This document shows positions 57,300 through 64,000 of a DNA stretch of 64,000 bases, piece by piece. The stretch's first letter is position 1, and every line of letters begins with the position of its first letter. The notes beneath the pieces are model-generated. The model had not been told where the DNA came from and made no database searches. It saw only the letters and a program-made list of their open reading frames with translations. The DNA lies in IMG/VR virus record IMGVR_UViG_3300010352_001575, positions 1-64,000 of that record, one strand, 5' to 3'. A program made the position numbers and the translations under genes. This stretch comes from a virus.

Positions 57300-59285
57300 T
57301 TCATTCCTCCTACCGTTATGCCGTTCACGATAATCTTGCCAGCCATTATTTCATCGTGAAGCAGCTCGTGTCGTCCTGACGCGGTGTCTATGTGTGCACC
57401 CAGGGCCCGGCTTATCTGCGCTAAGGACTTGCCCATGCAGTATAGCTCCCTGACCCGTGCCACTATCTCTGGCTCTTTAGTTTTTTGGGACATATATCTT
57501 TCCTTCCTTGACCAAGTCATGACAGATAGACACAACCACCCTTAGAGGCAATTTGTGCTTGATGGCTATCTTGGCAAAGTCTGATGACTTTCCGCCTCTG
57601 AACATCTTGTAAACTCCGTTTTTAGTGTCTTGCTTTATCCACCGCCAAGCATCTTCTGCTCTCTCTAGAATTTCATCTATTTCGTGGACATACAAGTCCG
57701 TTTCCATAGAGATAAGTTCGTATTGCTTTGCAGTTAATCCCACCGCGCGTAGCTCTGCTAGCAGCCTAGGGAACTGGATTGAGTTATCTTCCCAAGGTGT
57801 TATTTTCATCTTACCACCTTAGTTACTTTGGTAGCTATTCTCTCGATGTTTATATCTAGCCCCTGTTTCTTAGCCTCAGCTAAACACCTGGTGCATACGC
57901 TCATTGACCCGGGTTTTGTTTTATAAGAGATAACATACTCCGCGGCGTTGGCGCAGCGCTCGAAGTACCTCGGACCAAGGGTCATAAAGCTACCTTGTTG
58001 TATCTCGCACTGGCACTGCTTAAGGTCTGGTGGTATCAGTTTTGTCTTCTTTTTCATTCTGCCTCCTCAGTTCAGATAACATCTTCTGCTTTTCTTCCTC
58101 TAACTTCTTCTCGTCAATACCTAGGAATGTAGCCACTAGCTCGGTCAGTCTTTCGTTAGTAGGTAGGTATGCACCCTTCTCGTAGTCCCTACCAAGCACG
58201 GTGCCAGCTCCTGGATAGAATTCACATAAGTGTATCTTCTTATCCTCGCGTAAGAACTCAACGAATTCGTGAATGGCCTGGCTTTGCTCCCGAACCTTAG
58301 CTAGCTTTGCGTGCTCAGGATAGTCCTTCATAGTCTCTGCGTCCATCTCTTCTCTTGTCATTCAGGTCTCCTCCTCTAGTCTTTTCACAACGTGCTTCTG
58401 TATGTTCTCCGGCAGATCCATCCAGGCTATCGGCTTCCCCAGGTGTGGGCCGTCTATTACTTCGCAACACTGAGAGAAGCCATCGGGCTTGTCAGGATTG
58501 TCAGACAAACCAAATGCTGCTTCCAGCGGATATACTGTAATCCACGCCCGGCGTAGAATAATCGTATACCTATCGAACGACTTGCCGCCGTTATCCCAGA
58601 CACAGCGAACTTTCCTAGGTTTCCGCATACGCCTCCTTAAAGTTATTGGAAGATGGAATAGCCATCTTTACGCTATGCAATCCTAACCGTTGTGTTAGCA
58701 ACGGGCCGAGTCAGGGCAGATAGGTTCCCATAGCAACCATATTGTTATTTGCCGATGTTCTTGTCCAGGCTGATATGACCAGCCATACCGGACCCGCTAT
58801 CGGACAGTGCGTCTAGCAATGCCTCGTCGCTTTCTTCCGCCTGCGACTTCTTGGCAGGCAGGTCTTCGAACTCCCACTCGTATCTTCCTAAATCCTTCTC
58901 CCACTTTCGTATCATCTCATACGACGCCTCGCAGACGCCGCAGGTTATGCGAATTCGTTCTGGCTTGCCCTCGTCATCGTACCATAATACAACGGCCTCT
59001 GTCAACGCGCCGCACTCAGGACAATCTGTTTCGGGTAGTATTACCTCTGCCATTTTATTCTCCTAACTTCAGATTGTACTTGCTTTTCATATTAGCTATT
59101 GCTAACGCCATCTCTGGGGATAGTGTTATAGCACCGCCAAGAATATCCAAGACGCAGACGATATTGGTAAGATCCGTGCGTAGAGAACTAACCATATTCT
59201 GTGCGTCCTCCAACTCGTACCGCAGCTTGTCCATCTTGTTAGGTTTTGCCTTTCTCTTTTGTGATCTCATTTCATCTCCTTTTAT

Positions 59286-59813
59286 TTACCTCTGTTCATA
59301 TATTGCAGCCATCTCCTTTACCAATTCCGCTAATTCATAGAACTTGTCTATTGGTGTAAACCTCGCATGCGACCGGCGAAAATATAGCAACTTATCCATC
59401 GCCGGCGATATATCTATCGCCTTGGTTAGCATCACCACATCAGCTAACGCTGAGCCAGTAGGCAAATCGTCTCGCTCGTTCTTGTACTCCTGATACCTGT
59501 CTGTACTTGGGTTAAAGTCTCTGCTTATTCTCCACAAGCATTCTTCTCTAGACGGCTCGTACTCGCAAGCATACAAGCGTGTACTTTGCGCATAGTGCTG
59601 TATCGCGGGCAAATCGCAACCGCTTATGTCACAGATAGCGAAATACACCGCATCCTTCAGCTTGGTAAACACCGCCAGCGGTCCGTACCTTTTCCGAGGC
59701 TCTGTCCGGACGCCTATTGCGTACTCAACCACGGCGCCGTAAGCTAACTCTGGGTAGCCATAGCTGACCAGCTTGTCGTCTTTCCTGGTAACTACTTTGT
59801 AGCCTTTTAGCAT
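59286..59813 (-). CDS. GYKVV/GPL.VF paralog family member
   Basis: GYKVV..LVS..GPLAVF..YACEYEPS..LPTGSALAD. Confidence 0.7.
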   Translation of the reverse strand: MLKGYKVVTRKDDKLVSYGYPELAYGAVVEYAIGVRTEPRKRYGPLAVFTKLKDAVYFAICDISGCDLPAIQHYAQSTRLYACEYEPSREECLWRISRDFNPSTDRYQEYKNERDDLPTGSALADVVMLTKAIDISPAMDKLLYFRRSHARFTPIDKFYELAELVKEMAAIYEQR

Positions 59814-59824
59814 TGTTCCTCCGT

Positions 59825-60172
59825 TTATTTCTTCAGCAGCCTGACCCGGGTGGCTAGTACAGTGCCCCTTGGCATAGTGAATAGCATCCTGGATGCTACG
59901 CCGTTTACATACTTTCTCCAAATCTTATCCCGGCTAGACGGGGAGTACTCACACGGAAACAACGTGTAGCCAAGGCCGTGCGTTAGCTTTTCTCTCATAA
60001 ACTTTGTGGCTGAGTACTTGCTGCGAAAGACACATAGAGGCCCCCAGCCTTTCATAGGCTTCGTCCACTTCTTTAAGCCATACTTACACGGTCGGTAGCG
60101 CTCGAACAAGCTGATATACACTAGCTCTTCCTCGTCCTGCCGCATTACTACCTTCCATCCTTTCTTTATCAT
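59825..60172 (-). CDS. GYKVV/GPL.VF paralog family member
   Basis: GWKVV..GPLCVF..CEYSPS..MPRGTVLA. Confidence 0.7.
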   Translation of the reverse strand: MIKKGWKVVMRQDEEELVYISLFERYRPCKYGLKKWTKPMKGWGPLCVFRSKYSATKFMREKLTHGLGYTLFPCEYSPSSRDKIWRKYVNGVASRMLFTMPRGTVLATRVRLLKK

Positions 60173-61527
60173 AGTCTCCTAGTGTATCGTCTTATCTTTT
60201 GTGTCTGGCGGGACGATAGTAGCAAGGTCGGCAATGGTGCCAATGTTCGCAGCGCTCTGGCAGGACATATACTTCCACTCGCCGTTGATTTCCATCCGGC
60301 AGCAGCCGGCTTCCTTGTACTTCTTGGCCATAGCGTCAGTACCAACTGAACAATCTAGGTATATCCCCATCGCCAGGCCAAGAAAAAAACCGCCTATTAC
60401 TATGTACGAATCTGTGTCGTTGCTCATATCCCCACCTCGCATACGGATAATTTAATCCGCTTCTTCGCCGCCTTGGTAAAGGTCTTGGCGTACTTCATTG
60501 CTAACTCCCTGCGCACGAACAGGCTAGCGCAGTACATCGATGGCGTCTTTCTCGTCGCGTTCATTATAGCGAAATACTTATGTGCTCGAACGGTGTTATT
60601 GACTGACATCATTGTCCTTAGTTTTGGCATCTTGTCTCCTTTGTTTCTTTGTCTGATCCAGGTATGGGTATATCTACCTGGAAGCCGCCATACAACGGGC
60701 AGTAGCAGCCACAGCCGGCCATAGGCAGGTGTGGCCCGGCGTGCTGGCAGCCACTAATGCCCCACTCGCTTTTAGTCGCTGGATGACAGGATAACATCGT
60801 TGCCTTACTGCACTGAACTAGATCCATGCGGACCTCCTATGATGTTGCTATCACATGCCGCGGTACGGCTATCGCACTTCTCCGTACAGCCAGCGCAACC
60901 AAATGCGGCCTTCATATACTGCTCCCTGGTCTTCACCTCGGGGTAGCCACAGTGAGGACAGGGTGGCAGTATGTTCCGGACTTGGTAAAACGATTGCGTA
61001 TGCCAGCACTTGGGACAAGTATGGGATTGCATGCTCATACTATTCCTTGCTCTCTTGCGCCTTTGTAGACTGCTCATCGAGCTCATGCCTTAGCTCGTTA
61101 AGAACGAAATCCAAAGCAACGTTAAGCGCCTTGTAGGGTCCGAGAACAAGGCCCATAACAATACCTATAACGGCTCCAACAGGCCACAACACACACAAAT
61201 ACCTGAAGTATATCAGTAACCGCTTCATGGGCATATTATTCCTCCCTAGCGAGCGTATTGCTCTCTACCGCAGAACTGGCATATTTGATCGCCATCCGGC
61301 CCGCGCCCGGTTATCATAACACAATGTCCTATAGGGCTACGCTGACATTTTCTATCTATGAAGAAGTTCCAATCCTTTGAGATAACGCCAGCCTTTTCTA
61401 TTGCATCGATGGCCTTGCTGGCGTGCTTCCATGCCTTGTCCTTGGCTTTCTGAGCCGCGACACGCATCTTCTCTGCCTTTAGATATGCTGCTATTGCCTT
61501 TTGTTGCTTGGTCATAGGTTCTCCTTA

Positions 61528-61813
61528 TTAATTTTCTACGATCTTATCATAGCAATTAGAGGTATGCGCGAACCTAGCAAACGCCAGAGCGAACTCGTGG
61601 ACCTTTGCTTTGGTAGCGCCATACATGCCGCAATTCCGATATAGCTCTTGTACTTCTATATTAGGCAATACCTCTCTGCCCCGGATCTCGAAACACCAAT
61701 CGGCTAACTCAGTACTTATAGCAATGCTCCTCGGTAGGCCCGCGGAAACTCCATAACTTGCCCGCATGGACTTGGACAATCTTATACCCTGGGTATGTAT
61801 CGTTGCATGTCAT
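61528..61813 (-). pseudogene. frameshifted or internally deleted member of the GYKVV family
   Basis: ATG 61813 gives GYKIV..LWS then a stop; another frame carries LPRSIAI and continues to 61528. Confidence 0.5.
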
Positions 61814-61820
61814 ATATACC

Positions 61821-62168
61821 TCACGCTACTCGCTTGATTAGTTTGACAACGCTAGCTAGGTCCTTGCTTTTATTGTTTTTCTTTATGATGTTATCGCAGA
61901 TATTGCGACCGAACCTTCGGTACCAACCGTGCCGGACCCGGCTAGGGATGTACGTGCATTCGTATATTTGTTTAATTGGTTCCATGTTAGCATAGTATTT
62001 CGCTAACTCTAGGTCTTTGAACACATATAAAGGCCCATGACCTTTGTGCGGATAGGCAGATTTTCCGCGGATATACCTAACCTTAGGGCGGAAGGTTATC
62101 ATGCTATACAATTGCTTATTCTCCGCAGTGAGAACCTTGTACCCAGTCTTATACCTTAGTGATGCCAT
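61821..62168 (-). CDS. GYKVV/GPL.VF paralog family member
   Basis: GYKVL..LYS..GPLYVF..IYECTYIPS..LAS.V.L. Confidence 0.7.
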   Translation of the reverse strand: MASLRYKTGYKVLTAENKQLYSMITFRPKVRYIRGKSAYPHKGHGPLYVFKDLELAKYYANMEPIKQIYECTYIPSRVRHGWYRRFGRNICDNIIKKNNKSKDLASVVKLIKRVA

Positions 62169-62309
62169 TATTCCCCCTATTGGTAACGTAATCTGGATGC
62201 GAGTCGTAATCCATCACATTCGATTGGGCTATTGTAATTCCATCGACACAAAGGATTGGACCGCACCCGTCATCAAACACTGTATACTTTGCCATATGCC
62301 TCCCGTTAT

Positions 62310-62675
62310 TTAAACTGGCTGAGCAACGACTTCTTCTGTTAGCGTTACCAAGTCTGCCAATACCGTACCGCGCGGCAGACAAGCCTCTGTAACCTTGTCA
62401 CACGGGGCACCGGCTAGGTATACCCCTTTAGATACATCAACCGCAGGAGCATACTCGCACTCATAGATAGCTGCATTGCCTGTATCCTCGCCAAGGAAAT
62501 GCGTATCAACATAACGCTCCGCGGCGATTAAGGTATCAAAGACACACAAGGGCCCGCAACCCTCAGCCGGCTTCGACATTACTCCAATGGCGTACTTAAC
62601 GCTATACCTGCCCTCTACTATGCAGCTATAGAGGCCATCATCTTTAAGCTGAACGACTTTGTAGCCTTGTATCAT
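62310..62675 (-). CDS. GYKVV/GPL.VF paralog family member
   Basis: GYKVV..LYS..GPLCVF..IYECEYAP..LPRGTVLAD. Confidence 0.7.
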   Translation of the reverse strand: MIQGYKVVQLKDDGLYSCIVEGRYSVKYAIGVMSKPAEGCGPLCVFDTLIAAERYVDTHFLGEDTGNAAIYECEYAPAVDVSKGVYLAGAPCDKVTEACLPRGTVLADLVTLTEEVVAQPV

Positions 62676-62938
62676 ATACCTCCTATGGTCTTTTACTCTG
62701 AGTATACAGAGGGGTTATAACGACCTTGACAACCACAAATACCTTGGCGTTACATTTCTGGTATTCAGTAGCTTCTCGTTTAGTACTAAAGACTCCCATG
62801 CAAAAAGCATTGCCCGGATGCACAACACCCCACCCAACATCGTACATACGCTCCCGCTTTGCTAGCTCTCCCATCTTCTTATCTGTGTTGGGGTCTGCTA
62901 CCAGGCCAAGGTCTTTAGCTATGTTCATTGATCTGCTC

Positions 62939-63766
62939 CTATTGTGCTGTGTCTGTACGGTACTTAGCTAACAGTTCTGCTCTTCTCTTCTCTGCAGCTA
63001 TGTCTAAATCCAGTTCCCGCTGCTTTTCGACCTGTTCGATCCTATTTTTTAGGACCATAGCTATGCTTGCTATAGCCTTGCACCGCACCGCATATTCAGC
63101 ATTGTGTGCTTGCACAATTATATTCGTGTCGGCTACTGTCATAATTTCAACCCCAAATTCTTTCCTAATCTGTTTACGACTGCGTAACAGGTTAGCATCG
63201 TCAGATGGGTAGATCAAAAGCTTGCTATAGTGATTTAACGGATTATCCTCTATGCTAATGTGCTCTAATGTGTGCAGCTTACGGACCATACTACTAACGT
63301 CGACCCCTAGTGCCGCAGCTTTTCGTATCTCGCCGCGTATTATTTTTTTATAGTGATAATTGCGTTCATAGCCGTATCTAAACTTGCTATGCCCATTGGC
63401 AAGATTGTAGCTCCCGGAGGCCCAATGTTTTAAGGCAAACGAATCCGCTACCTTTTGTGAACACCCGGATAAACTAACTATTTTACTAGATAGCATATAT
63501 AGCTCTGCCGCCATATAGACTCCTCCATCATCTGAAATTCCAAACCGCTCTTGTAAACCTCTAGTCAATATTACCCTAAGTTCTTCGTGCCTGGCGAGGC
63601 TAGCATCCCGATCTCGTTGCTTACGCATGCTTTCGAGTTCTTTAGCTGTGTACCTACCTAGGGCATGCCTGACCTTTTTTAATGTTTCCGAACAGAACTC
63701 CCAGATAGTAACGCATACCCCAACTAAAAAAATTAAAAGCGTACCCAAAAATAAAAGCGTACCCAT
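62939..63766 (-). CDS. membrane-anchored hypothetical protein
   Basis: 275 aa with N-terminal TM helix. Confidence 0.65.
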   Translation of the reverse strand: MGTLLFLGTLLIFLVGVCVTIWEFCSETLKKVRHALGRYTAKELESMRKQRDRDASLARHEELRVILTRGLQERFGISDDGGVYMAAELYMLSSKIVSLSGCSQKVADSFALKHWASGSYNLANGHSKFRYGYERNYHYKKIIRGEIRKAAALGVDVSSMVRKLHTLEHISIEDNPLNHYSKLLIYPSDDANLLRSRKQIRKEFGVEIMTVADTNIIVQAHNAEYAVRCKAIASIAMVLKNRIEQVEKQRELDLDIAAEKRRAELLAKYRTDTAQ

Positions 63767-64000
63767 AATTATATGTCTCCTTTACCGCGTTTGTCCAGCT
63801 TTTCCAGTATCTCTAATATCTCAGATAGCTTGTCGTTTAACTCTCTAAACTTGCAGTCGATAGCGAACGCTATACAAAACCCTAGAACTATAACTGTGTA
63901 AGTGTCTAGCACCATAACAGTTCCTCTTAACATGTCTCCCTCCGTATACCTATGGATGTCGTATCTTTGGTTCGAAGTACTTTGCTGAATGGCGATATAT

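Larger units (their letters stand above)
42563..63766 (-). other. cluster of dozens of small hypothetical early-type genes
   Basis: contiguous 60-200 aa minus-strand ORFs with GGAG RBS and overlapping stop/start; many CxxC zinc ribbons and acidic proteins. Confidence 0.8.

Noticed and set aside
1-64000. Stop-codon reassignment
   Set aside because: Long motif-complete genes end in TAA, TAG and TGA under code 11; no CUA, UCA or UUA suppressor tRNA; only one in-frame TAG seen.

Overview
A 64-kb segment of a large double-stranded DNA bacteriophage genome. Essentially all genes lie on the minus strand, with dense ATGA/TAATG-type overlaps, Shine-Dalgarno sites and sigma70-like promoters; the genetic code looks standard. 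Positions 5.2-16.3 kb form an RNA island: 41 tRNAs covering all 20 amino acids, a one-piece tmRNA, a Ro60/TROVE gene with six Y-RNA (YrlA-like) elements, three free-standing HNH-type endonucleases and several unexplained tRNA-like or structured RNAs. The most striking locus is 25.3-26.6 kb. There a solitary Cas7-like RAMP gene is followed directly by a 516-nt non-coding array. I parsed it by hand into 100 pentamers (82 fit NGY-NN) grouped into 16 units of length 5n+1. It is not a CRISPR array and is a candidate RNA-guided system. Other recognisable genes are a macrodomain, dNMP and deoxynucleoside kinases, an AAA ATPase, a RuvB-like ATPase, 3D-domain and LPP20-like proteins, a histone-fold candidate, an MT-A70 methyltransferase, a SpoT/Mesh1-like HD hydrolase, DUF932 and homing endonucleases. 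The right half is a long run of small hypothetical early-type genes with several paralog families. All calls come from reading motifs by eye; no searches were run.
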